Source of the DNA: an uncultured Gammaproteobacteria bacterium
Lineage (GTDB): Bacteria; Patescibacteriota; Microgenomatia; Levybacterales; GWA1-39-11
Direction: 5' to 3'
Assembly (NCBI GenBank): GCA_964409875.1
Contig: CAYPEN010000006.1
Location: 1-52,280, forward strand
Length of the DNA stretch: 52,280 nucleotides
Both the position numbers and the translations under genes were made by a program. Positions 18,126 to 26,328 of this stretch are shown piece by piece. A model generated the notes under the pieces. The model was given only the letters and a program-made list of their open reading frames with translations. It did not search any database and was not told where the DNA came from. Each line of letters starts with the position of its first letter. The stretch's first letter is position 1.

Positions 18126-20044
18126 TTGCACTCTCCCCAATTGGCTCCGGTGGACATGTCCACCAGCAACGGAACTCGCATCTTAACGCAGGTCTCCATG
18201 ATATGCTTGGCCTCGGCAAAGGCTTCCTCTGCCCGTGACGTTTGGTCATCGCTCCAGTCCAGTTCATCGTGCACGGTTAGGTGCGGGATGCCTGTGTAGG
18301 CAAAGACGCCGGATTGGTAACACTTCACCATGGCAGCTTTGATAATGTCAGCGGCGCTGCCTTGTAACAGTGCGTTGAGTGCGGTGTGTGCGGCAATACG
18401 TTCCCCGGTCTCCGGGTCCTGCTTAAAGCGTCTGCGGCGTTTTAGGATGGTGCGGATGAACCCGCGTCGCTGTGCAAGGCGCTGCGCATCGTTATAGGTC
18501 TTCTTGGCACTGGGCATGGCTTCAAAGTACGCGTTGTAGAGACGCTCACCCAGCTCCGCATCCACCCCCAGGCTGCGCACCAGTTTCTCTTTCCCCATGC
18601 CATACACCAGTCCGAAGTTCAGGTTCTTGGCCGGTGTGCGGTCCAACATGATGCCGGTGATCTCCCTGCACATCTCAATGGCCAGTTTGTGGAAGTCCGT
18701 GGTGGGATCATTGTTATACCGCTTGCGCAGCTCCTCTGACCCGTTGCCGACGGCGTAGTGCACTAGCGCACGGTACTCAACTTGCGAGTAGTCCGCACGC
18801 CGCCACTTGCATCCATCCTCCGGGATAAACAAGCCGCGCAGCAGCGGCCCCAGCACCTTGTGACGGCTGGGGATGTTTTGCAGGTTGGGGTTGGAGGAGC
18901 TGAAGCGCCCGGACACCGTACCGTAATCATCGCTTCGTAGGGAATTGAACTGGCAGTGGAGTCTGCCGTCCAGGTGGTTCTCCAAGATGTAACTCTCCAC
19001 GAATGGGTTGGCCGCCTTTTCGTATAACCGCACACCCAACACCTGCTCCGCCAGCGGATGGTCACAATTCTCTAACCACTGTTTGGTGAAGCTTGGGTTC
19101 CCCGCTTCCGTGCGGGTGTACTCCACCCCCGCGCGGTCAAACGCGTGCGCAATACTGGCGGCGCTCCACACATCCACCTCTTTAATCTGTTCCTGGAACT
19201 GCGTGGCCTGCTCGCGCAACCACCTGGCCGCTGCTTGCGCCCGCTGCACATCCACCCGCACACCACGAAACCGCATGTCGAGCAGAAGAGGGATCAGTGC
19301 GCACTCCATGCGAAACAGTTCTGTCAGCCCTTCCTCGTGCAACCTGGCGCGCTGTTCTTTGAGCACGCGCAACGGCAACAGCGCGTCGCTCTCTGCATAC
19401 GGTCCCACGAGCGATGGTGGTGCACGGTAGATGTTGGCGCGCTGCTTGCCGTCGACAGCTCCACCAAAGGAATCCGCGCACCACTGGTACAGGAGCGGGG
19501 TGTCTTTACCCTGTCCCAGATACTGCTGCGCCAGCACTTCGAGGGCGTAGCTTCGTGCCTGCTCATCCAGTAACGGCTCCGCCAGCTGGACGTCAAACAA
19601 CTCCCCCGTGGGCCGTGGCACCCCTTCCGCGCGCAACCACTCAAGGTCATACAGGAGGTTGGCCCCCACCACCGGCACACCGGTCGCTAGTTGTTCTCCC
19701 AGCCACGCAAAAGCCTTCTCCGCATCCTGGTTGAGTGGCTTCTCCCCTTCGTGCTCGTGGCGCAAGGGGAAGTACCAACCCCGGTCCTCGGTGGCAATGG
19801 AGAACCCCACCACGTGTCCGTCCTTGCGCACCCCACCCGGACCCTTCTCTATAAGGTTGGGGTCCTTGGTTTCCGTGTCCAGACCCAGCACCTTGGCACC
19901 GGCAAGGTTGGGGAACTCCGTGTGCGGGGTCCACCCCGTCACCGGCACGGCCACTTGCCGGTGGTAGTGGCTGACGCTGGCTTTGGCCATGCGCTGCACC
20001 GGGTAGTCCTGCCACCATAGCCCCACGGAGTCGAACCGTGTCAT
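18122..20044 (-). CDS. polA: Family A DNA polymerase with 3'-5' exonuclease
   Basis: Exo motifs LDTETK, NLLYDL, YAESDA; TVSGRFSSSNPNLQNIP, motif A DYSQVEYR, motif B AKNLNFGLVYG (Phe at the E. coli 762 position), motif C VHDE. Confidence 0.97.
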   Translation of the reverse strand: MTRFDSVGLWWQDYPVQRMAKASVSHYHRQVAVPVTGWTPHTEFPNLAGAKVLGLDTETKDPNLIEKGPGGVRKDGHVVGFSIATEDRGWYFPLRHEHEGEKPLNQDAEKAFAWLGEQLATGVPVVGANLLYDLEWLRAEGVPRPTGELFDVQLAEPLLDEQARSYALEVLAQQYLGQGKDTPLLYQWCADSFGGAVDGKQRANIYRAPPSLVGPYAESDALLPLRVLKEQRARLHEEGLTELFRMECALIPLLLDMRFRGVRVDVQRAQAAARWLREQATQFQEQIKEVDVWSAASIAHAFDRAGVEYTRTEAGNPSFTKQWLENCDHPLAEQVLGVRLYEKAANPFVESYILENHLDGRLHCQFNSLRSDDYGTVSGRFSSSNPNLQNIPSRHKVLGPLLRGLFIPEDGCKWRRADYSQVEYRALVHYAVGNGSEELRKRYNNDPTTDFHKLAIEMCREITGIMLDRTPAKNLNFGLVYGMGKEKLVRSLGVDAELGERLYNAYFEAMPSAKKTYNDAQRLAQRRGFIRTILKRRRRFKQDPETGERIAAHTALNALLQGSAADIIKAAMVKCYQSGVFAYTGIPHLTVHDELDWSDDQTSRAEEAFAEAKHIMETCVKMRVPLLVDMSTGANWGECK

Positions 20045-21009
20045 ACAGTAACCCCCACCACCACGCCAACCAACCCTTCCCCCTTGAAGGGTACGCGTGG
20101 GAACTTCGACCAGTCAGCCGCGTGGGCAGCGCCCAGCGCCAATAACAGGGGTGTTGCGTGGAACGCGCACTGGCCAAACTGCACCTCGAGGTCCGCCACC
20201 GTGGCCGAAACGGCACCGGCCAAGGTGCTGACGTCGGTGCCGGTTAGCAGCACAATGGGGTGCTTGGGGTCCGGACAGAACGGCTGCACCTGCTCCACCG
20301 CCTGCGCAACGCTGGGCGGGACCTTGGCGTACCTGGCACCGGCATGCAGCTCCTTGAGCAACTTGTCCATGTCTGGCCACGTGTCGGCAGGTACCAGCAC
20401 CGAGCGCAACCACACACCGTCCGGGAGCCAAATACCCACGGTGGTGTCAAGCAGCGCCATGGCCTGCGGCTCGGTGTCCAGGCGCAACAGCTCCTCCACC
20501 ATGTCGCACGGCAGCGCCGCCGTGGGCAGGGACACGGGGAGCGTGGCACGTACCACGATCACGTTGTTGCTGGCGTATGCGTACTTACCCTTGATCAATA
20601 TGCTGGTGCTCCACATGCGCTGCGCGTCGGTCCCCATGAACGGGCGCAGGGTGCGCAGCACGTGCAGCAGCCCCGGTGGGAGCTTGACCTTGTCCTTGGC
20701 CACCAGCGGCTCCAAGGGGAAGTCCTCGACCCTCCCCGCAGGGAGCGTGGCGCGGAACTTCCCCTGTCGCACCACCAGTGTCTGTTCCGCGTGCTCGAAG
20801 GTTGGCTCCTCCCCCTGACGCACGGCAGCCAGGAACTTGTCCAGTTCCACGGTAAAGGACAGCGCCTTGTCCACGGGGCACGGGGCACTGATATGCAATT
20901 GTCCGTTGAATGCGTGGAGCCGTTGCTTGTGCACGGCCACGTGGGTAAGCACCGGGACAAGGTCCTTGGTGCTGACAGCGCCTTTTACGATGTTGAGTGC
21001 GTTAAGCAT
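20041..21009 (-). CDS. DNA polymerase III beta-clamp-like protein
   Basis: 322 aa; MLNALNIVKGAVSTKDLVPVLTH...F-x-A-x-L...VEDFP, the N-terminal pattern of DnaN; directly upstream of polA. Confidence 0.65.
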   Translation of the reverse strand: MLNALNIVKGAVSTKDLVPVLTHVAVHKQRLHAFNGQLHISAPCPVDKALSFTVELDKFLAAVRQGEEPTFEHAEQTLVVRQGKFRATLPAGRVEDFPLEPLVAKDKVKLPPGLLHVLRTLRPFMGTDAQRMWSTSILIKGKYAYASNNVIVVRATLPVSLPTAALPCDMVEELLRLDTEPQAMALLDTTVGIWLPDGVWLRSVLVPADTWPDMDKLLKELHAGARYAKVPPSVAQAVEQVQPFCPDPKHPIVLLTGTDVSTLAGAVSATVADLEVQFGQCAFHATPLLLALGAAHAADWSKFPRVPFKGEGLVGVVVGVTV

Positions 21010-21905
21010 TAGGTGAGACTCAATTGGGAACCCACAAAGGTCTTGGCGGCAAATTGCTCCATGAGCTGGAAGGTGCGCGCGTTCACCACGTCACGGTAGG
21101 AGAAGTGGCTGGCGCACTGCTCGGCGGTCACCCCGGCTTCCGCAAGCCACGCATCCACCTGGATGCGCTGCACCGGGGTCAGCCGCTGGTAGTGCCATGA
21201 CTCCATGTCCTTGACCTTGGGGGAGTTGCTCGAGAACACCACCTTGCGCAAGCCCCTGGGTGTGATAAAGGCGCACGCACCAAACACCCCGGTCATGAGC
21301 CAACTCGTGCTGTCCACACTGAACCACGGGTAACGGAACATTAGCAATTGATCGGTGAGACCAAACCCATGGAGCTTGACGCGTGGCGTGCCGTCGCGCT
21401 TGGTCAGGAAGCGGGTCCACAGGTCATCCAGCCACCCGACTAGCCACTTGGTGGTCTCCGGAACCATGCCGCCGATAAAGATATAGTCGTGACCCTCATC
21501 CAGATACTTGACCAGCCACTTCGTATCCTCGCGTGCATGGAACACCGGCTGCACCTTGCAGCCAAGCTTGCGCAGCTCCGTGAAATACTCATAGGACTTC
21601 TCCGGGTCGCCAATGGCATCCAACGAACTGCACACCGTCCACACCGCCTTGGTCCGGTGCAGGAACTCCGCGTACCGCTCCACCGTGATGGTGGTCTTCT
21701 GGGTAAAGGCGGTGAACGCACCGCTGTCCAGGAACAGGTCCAGACCCATCTCTGCGCACTCCCGCGCGTCGCGCGACAGGGTGTTGCCGTCCAGGAACCC
21801 GTGGTAGTAGTAGGTGAACAGCCGCCGCTGCACGTTCTTAATCCACGCAGCCGCCTTGCCTTGGGACTCTACCGCATTGCGCTCCCCGGCCAGGTACACC
21901 TTCAT
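21009..21905 (-). CDS. dpdA: DpdA, TGT-fold DNA 7-deazaguanine transglycosylase
   Basis: ATG at 21905; LFLDSGAFTAF, SLDAIGD, PVFH, YIFIGG, KLHGFG, YPWFSVDSTSW; co-transcribed with que genes. Confidence 0.85.
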   Translation of the reverse strand: MKVYLAGERNAVESQGKAAAWIKNVQRRLFTYYYHGFLDGNTLSRDARECAEMGLDLFLDSGAFTAFTQKTTITVERYAEFLHRTKAVWTVCSSLDAIGDPEKSYEYFTELRKLGCKVQPVFHAREDTKWLVKYLDEGHDYIFIGGMVPETTKWLVGWLDDLWTRFLTKRDGTPRVKLHGFGLTDQLLMFRYPWFSVDSTSWLMTGVFGACAFITPRGLRKVVFSSNSPKVKDMESWHYQRLTPVQRIQVDAWLAEAGVTAEQCASHFSYRDVVNARTFQLMEQFAAKTFVGSQLSLT

Positions 21906-22336
21906 GGCAGCGAGTCCAGGACAATGGGGTGCATGCCATGGTGGCGCTTCATCCATTGCGCCTGGAAACCAAGGGACGGACGCGGCAGGTCGCCAAAGGC
22001 CCACTCAATCCCCGGCCAGTTTTCAAATGGCGCGAAGTACCGGCGGGGTGTCACAAACAGCAGGGAGTCCACCGTCTTGCGGTGCTTGTCTATCTGACCA
22101 AAGACCTTCTTTACCCACGCGTCGTCTGCGCGTGCGCCAATGGTCTGGTCATAGGGTGCAATCACCGCCTGCGGGGAGATGAGGCCATAGCGGGCGCTTA
22201 GGATAAACCACGGGTTCCCCGTGCTGACAGCAAATCGCTTGGCCATCTGAAACAGCTTCCCCGTGTACATGTGCTGCGCCTCGCACATGCTGCTCCGCTT
22301 GTCCTTGCCGCAGGAAATCACAACACCGGTGGTCAT
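21902..22336 (-). CDS. DUF6884-like protein with Cys motif, inside the deazaguanine operon
   Basis: VISCGKDK...A-x-x-MYTG-x-LF...[23 protein letters not shown]; ATGA-coupled to folE and dpdA. Confidence 0.7.
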   Translation of the reverse strand: MTTGVVISCGKDKRSSMCEAQHMYTGKLFQMAKRFAVSTGNPWFILSARYGLISPQAVIAPYDQTIGARADDAWVKKVFGQIDKHRKTVDSLLFVTPRRYFAPFENWPGIEWAFGDLPRPSLGFQAQWMKRHHGMHPIVLDSLP

Positions 22337-23229
22337 CGCACCATCCTCAGAAACTCGGCGCGCGCTGCCGGGTCGTCCAGGAACGCACCTAGCAGACATG
22401 ACGTGGTGGTGCTGGACCCCTGCGCCCGCACACCACGGGACTCCATGCACAAGTGACGACACTCCAGCATCACGCCGACCCCGATGGGGTGCAGTGCGTT
22501 GGCCAGCGCATGCGCAATCTGCTTGGTCATGCGCTCCTGCACCTGCAAGCGCCGCGCGTACACGTTTACCAGCCTTGCAAACTTGGACAACCCCAGCACC
22601 TTGCCGTGCGGGATATACGCCACGTGCGCCACGCCAAAGAACGGTGCCAAGTGGTGCTCGCAGTGGGAGTACACCGGGATGTCTTTCACCAGCACCATCT
22701 CGTTGTACTCCTCCGCGCCGTCTTCAAAGCACTTGAGCAGGTCCGCGGGTTCCTGGCTGTAGCCTTCCGTGTATTGTCCCCACGCCTTAATGAACCTGCG
22801 CGGTGTGTCCACCAGCCCTTCCCGCTTGGGGTCCTCGCCGATGTACTGGAGGAGCCGGGTGGGGATGTCCTCGGCACTCCCGCCTGCGTTTCCCTCCCAC
22901 GGAAACACCAGCCAGTCGGCAGGGTTCTCCCACAGGGCGAAGAACGGCGTACTGGGGTAGCGCACCTTGTACCTGGCGCGCGTGGCTCCGCTGTCTATGA
23001 TGTCATCCACAAAGTAGTGCGCCTGACTGGGTGTGTCCACAACCTGTCCCTTTAGGATGAACTGCGACACCAAGTACGCGGCAGGAACGCCACCTCGAGG
23101 CACACCGTAGATATTAATGTGGTCGGACTCAAAATGCCCGGTGTCGGCCCAGTGGCGTTGGATCTGCCCAGCCACACGTCCCGCCGCAAACTGCACCTCG
23201 TTCTGGCGCAGAATGACCTTGTTCTTCAT
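22333..23229 (-). CDS. folE: Fusion of a type I phosphoribosyltransferase-like domain and GTP cyclohydrolase I
   Basis: N-part: [26 protein letters not shown]-part: [31 protein letters not shown]-x-[21 protein letters not shown]. Confidence 0.92.
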   Translation of the reverse strand: MKNKVILRQNEVQFAAGRVAGQIQRHWADTGHFESDHINIYGVPRGGVPAAYLVSQFILKGQVVDTPSQAHYFVDDIIDSGATRARYKVRYPSTPFFALWENPADWLVFPWEGNAGGSAEDIPTRLLQYIGEDPKREGLVDTPRRFIKAWGQYTEGYSQEPADLLKCFEDGAEEYNEMVLVKDIPVYSHCEHHLAPFFGVAHVAYIPHGKVLGLSKFARLVNVYARRLQVQERMTKQIAHALANALHPIGVGVMLECRHLCMESRGVRAQGSSTTTSCLLGAFLDDPAARAEFLRMVR

Positions 23230-23885
23230 TGCATGTACTCCAGCGGGTCCTTGATACCGTTGGCGGCGAAGCCTTCCAGGCGCTCCTGACAGCTCCCGCA
23301 CACTCCGCACGCCTTGTCCAAGCCCTTGTAACAGGTCCAGGACTTGGCGTAGTCCAATCCCAGCGCCTTGCCGCGCGCAATAATCTCGACCTTGGTTTCG
23401 TTCAAGTATGGTGCACACACCTGCACCGGTTGCCAGTTGGCAATCTTGGCCACTTGGTTCATGAGGTCGATAAATTCAGGTCGGCAGTCGGGATAGATAG
23501 TGTGATCGCCTGCGTGCACACCGCACGCCACCCGATCCAGGTTGTTGGACACGGCGTAGGCTATGGCAACGGACAACATGATCATGTTCCGGTTAGGGAC
23601 CACGGTGAGCTTCATATTGTCTGCCGCATAGTGGCCCTCCGGGACCGGGGTGTCCCCGGTAAGGGCTGAGCGCGTCATGGCGATTCCCGCAATCGTGCGC
23701 ATATTCACCACGTGCGCGGGAACGCCCAGCTCGTGGCACACTCGCTTGGCGTACTCCAGCTCCTTGGCATGGCGCTGACCGTAGTCAAACAGCAGGCAGG
23801 AATGCAGGAATCCCGTTTCGTGCAGCTCGTTCACCAACGTGAACGAGTCCATGCCGCCGGAGTAAATTGCAACTGTGTCTTTCAT
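23226..23885 (-). CDS. queC: 7-cyano-7-deazaguanine synthase QueC
   Basis: SGGMDS, FDYGQRH-x-x-[20 protein letters not shown]...[10 protein letters not shown]; no glutamine amidotransferase fusion. Confidence 0.97.
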   Translation of the reverse strand: MKDTVAIYSGGMDSFTLVNELHETGFLHSCLLFDYGQRHAKELEYAKRVCHELGVPAHVVNMRTIAGIAMTRSALTGDTPVPEGHYAADNMKLTVVPNRNMIMLSVAIAYAVSNNLDRVACGVHAGDHTIYPDCRPEFIDLMNQVAKIANWQPVQVCAPYLNETKVEIIARGKALGLDYAKSWTCYKGLDKACGVCGSCQERLEGFAANGIKDPLEYMQ

Positions 23886-24595
23886 GGCAGTCCTATGATC
23901 TTGTGTTGTTGAAGGGAGAGTCTGTAGCCGTGGCGCATGCACAGGTCCACGCACCGCGCGATGGCGGCTTGCGTGGCGTCCTTGTCGGCTCCATGGTCCA
24001 TGGGTTGCAGCCACACCTTGTAGTGCATGGCCGGGTGGCCGGGTGGCCGCGCAAGCACCACCTTGCGTCCGTGCTCCTGCGTTGAGGACAGCGGCAGACC
24101 ATCCACGGGGTCAATCTGCGTGTCGGCACCCACCAGGTACTTCCAGCAGATGGCGTCATTCTCCACGATCGCATTCACGTGCGCGGTCTTGGGCGACACC
24201 ACAATCTGCGTCCCCAGCGGCAGTTCCTCCAAGGGCGCAAAGCTACCCGCCGTTTCGATCTGCACTTGCCGGTGGCCACGCTGCACAAGGCGGATGAATG
24301 GGGTCACATTCTGACGCAACGGTTCCCCGCCCGTGATCACCACCAGCGAATATTGCTTGATGGGGTATTGGAACACCTGCGCGGCAAGGGTTTCTATGTC
24401 CACAACTTTACGCTTGCTGGTAAAGTCCGTGTCACAGAAATAGCACTTGAGGTGGCACCCGGCCAAGCGCACAAAGACGGCAGGGACCCCGGCATGGGGT
24501 CCCTCCCCTTGGATGGTAGGGAACACCTCCACCACGTCCAGGGACAACCCATCGTGCCCTTTGAGCAGGGGTTCGGTTTCATTTTTACCGAACAT
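23882..24595 (-). CDS. queE: 7-carboxy-7-deazaguanine synthase QueE (radical SAM)
   Basis: EVFPTIQGEG-x-x-AGVPAVFVRLAGCHLKCYFCDT, TGGEPL, IETAG, VSPK, LQP, RLSLQQHK. Confidence 0.96.
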   Translation of the reverse strand: MFGKNETEPLLKGHDGLSLDVVEVFPTIQGEGPHAGVPAVFVRLAGCHLKCYFCDTDFTSKRKVVDIETLAAQVFQYPIKQYSLVVITGGEPLRQNVTPFIRLVQRGHRQVQIETAGSFAPLEELPLGTQIVVSPKTAHVNAIVENDAICWKYLVGADTQIDPVDGLPLSSTQEHGRKVVLARPPGHPAMHYKVWLQPMDHGADKDATQAAIARCVDLCMRHGYRLSLQQHKIIGLP

Positions 24596-24776
24596 GCTTA
24601 TCGTCCTCCAGTGCCGGGATGCGCAGGGGTGGTAGTTCGTTTGTATCGAACACCTCCTCCACCCACCGCTGGGTGCACTCTCGCAAAATGTCCACGTTGT
24701 CGGGAGACTGGTTAAGCGCCGCCTCCAAGTGCGCATCCGTATAGGCCCGGAATAGACGGCCACTGCTATCGCTCAT
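24585..24776 (-). CDS. Hypothetical protein within the que cluster
   Basis: 63 aa, ATGA-coupled to queD. Confidence 0.6.
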   Translation of the reverse strand: MSDSSGRLFRAYTDAHLEAALNQSPDNVDILRECTQRWVEEVFDTNELPPLRIPALEDDKHVR

Positions 24777-25210
24777 AAGACATGTGCTCCTTCGTAGTTC
24801 TCCGCTGTTGCACTACACTTGCGCGTCTCTTCGACAATCACTTCGACCAGATACACCTCCCGGGGAAGCACTTGGGGTCCCACCACCCGGAGCAGGTACT
24901 CTGCCATGTTCTCTGCCGTTGGGTTGAACGGCACCACGGCAATCCCTTGGGGATCTACCAACTTTAAGATGTTGAACCACGGGTCGTCCATGTACATCAG
25001 GAACCGGTGGTCCCAGTTAACCTCGAGCCACGAGCACAGACGGTCCTTGATGGCGGTAAAGTCCAGCACCCGGCCCACATCGTCCAGTTGCTTGGTGGTG
25101 ATGGTAAAGTGCACACGGTAGTTGTGGCCGTGCAGGTGTGCGCACTTGCTTTCGTGTCCAAACACACGGTGACCGGCGCTGAAGTCGTGGTACCTGGTTG
25201 CGGTGATCAT
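24773..25210 (-). CDS. queD: 6-carboxy-5,6,7,8-tetrahydropterin synthase QueD
   Basis: FSAGHR...C-x-x-LHGHNY, LDF, WDHRFL, PTAENMA, EET. Confidence 0.95.
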   Translation of the reverse strand: MITATRYHDFSAGHRVFGHESKCAHLHGHNYRVHFTITTKQLDDVGRVLDFTAIKDRLCSWLEVNWDHRFLMYMDDPWFNILKLVDPQGIAVVPFNPTAENMAEYLLRVVGPQVLPREVYLVEVIVEETRKCSATAENYEGAHVL

Positions 25211-25222
25211 GTTTGTCTCCTC

Positions 25223-25253
25223 ACCGGCAAGGGAACCCCCCCCCCTTGCCGGT
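25223..25253 (-). promoter_or_regulatory. 11-bp perfect hairpin directly 5' of the queD RBS
   Basis: ACCGGCAAGGG (25223-33) / CCCTTGCCGGT (25243-53) with a 9-nt loop; GAGGAG follows immediately on the - strand; no U-tract. Confidence 0.55.
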
Positions 25254-25265
25254 TGCCGGTGGTGG

Positions 25266-25976
25266 TTACTTCTTGGCCAGCGCCTTGCGGAAGTCCCCGC
25301 CGATCCAGCTGGACACGGTGGTGGGCTGGACCCCCTGCTTGTTGGCCAGTTTCTCGACCCACTGCTTCTTCTCTCCGTGCTCCAGGGCCTCGTACTCCTT
25401 CAGCCCCGCCTTGAAGGCAACGAAGCACTTCTCCTTGGCGGTTCCTTCGCGAAAACCACCCGCACCCTTCTTGGCCGGGGTGCTGGCCTTCTTCGCTGGC
25501 GCAGCCTTCTTGGCGGCGCTCTTCTTGGTGGCGGGCTTGGTCTTCTTGGCGGTCACTTTCGTCTCCTGATTGGTGTTGGTTGAATCGGTCGTCGTCTCGT
25601 CCGTTGCCGGGGTCCCGGTTTCCGTCTCACTCTTCATGGTCAAATGCTCCTCGTCATCAATTGCGTCCTCGTCGATGTGGGTGGTGTCCACCCCGTTGGC
25701 CTTGGCGCGCAGGAGGACTGTCTGCGCTGCTTTGGTGATGCCATTGCGGGCACCGATCTGTGTGAACTGGTCCACCGCCTGCGTGGCGGGGTAGAGGCCG
25801 TCCTTGTACGGCACCGTGCGGCACTTGGCGAACAGCTCCACCGGACGCTTGACCAAGTGCACCGGATAGTCCGCCATAACGCACAGCATGTACTTGCGGC
25901 CCTTCATGCACAGCGCGGGCTTCTGCAACTGCGTGCGCTCTTGATGTACGTACAGAACCTTGAATTCGTTGCTCAT
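25266..25976 (-). CDS. Protein with an acidic linker, histone H1-like Lys/Ala repeats and a C-terminal HTH-like domain
   Basis: TAKKTKPATKKSAAKKAAPAKKASTPAKKG, then a helical domain ending GVQPTTVSSW. Confidence 0.7.
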   Translation of the reverse strand: MSNEFKVLYVHQERTQLQKPALCMKGRKYMLCVMADYPVHLVKRPVELFAKCRTVPYKDGLYPATQAVDQFTQIGARNGITKAAQTVLLRAKANGVDTTHIDEDAIDDEEHLTMKSETETGTPATDETTTDSTNTNQETKVTAKKTKPATKKSAAKKAAPAKKASTPAKKGAGGFREGTAKEKCFVAFKAGLKEYEALEHGEKKQWVEKLANKQGVQPTTVSSWIGGDFRKALAKK

Positions 25977-25977
25977 G

Positions 25978-26208
25978 TTACACCTTCACCGAGGTCATCT
26001 CGGCCACGTCGGCCGCGCTGTACTGCATGATGGTGGTGCCGGTGCACAGCACCGCACCGGTTGCCTTGCTGCGGCCACCGTTGGTGGCGTCCAGCATGGC
26101 GCGCACGACGTTGACGTCTCGCATGTTGTCCCGGTGACCCCACGCGCTGTAGCGGTGGGAGCCGTCCTCCAGGACTACGATAAGGGTGATGTGGTTTTGC
26201 TTGGCCAT
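25978..26208 (-). CDS. Hypothetical protein, first gene after the promoter
   Basis: 76 aa, GGAG upstream. Confidence 0.65.
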   Translation of the reverse strand: MAKQNHITLIVVLEDGSHRYSAWGHRDNMRDVNVVRAMLDATNGGRSKATGAVLCTGTTIMQYSAADVAEMTSVKV

Positions 26209-26257
26209 GTTCCGTGTCTCCGTTGTTAAGATGCTTATTTACTATCTCAATGTGGTT

Positions 26258-26286
26258 ACTGTACGCGCGACGCTGATATAGATCAA
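26258..26286 (-). promoter_or_regulatory. Sigma70-like promoter (-35 TTGATC, 17-nt spacer, -10 TACAGT)
   Basis: AT-rich intergenic region; correct spacing; faces the DNA-modification and polymerase operon. Confidence 0.65.
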
Positions 26287-26328
26287 TCACTTTGCGAAAA
26301 ATATAACTCTTTTAATATCAATCACTTA
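26282..26328. repeat. Direct repeat ATCAATCACTT x2; the second copy fits the IHF consensus WATCAANNNNTTR
   Basis: Copies at 26282-26292 and 26317-26327; the first overlaps the -35 element. Confidence 0.6.

Noticed and set aside
23226-23885. Gat-QueC (archaeosine-forming) assignment
   Set aside because: The protein is 219 aa and starts directly with the QueC SGGxDS motif; no amidotransferase domain
25211-25265. preQ1 riboswitch upstream of queD
   Set aside because: The stem-loop lacks the class I loop consensus and A-rich 3' tail; kept only as an unexplained hairpin
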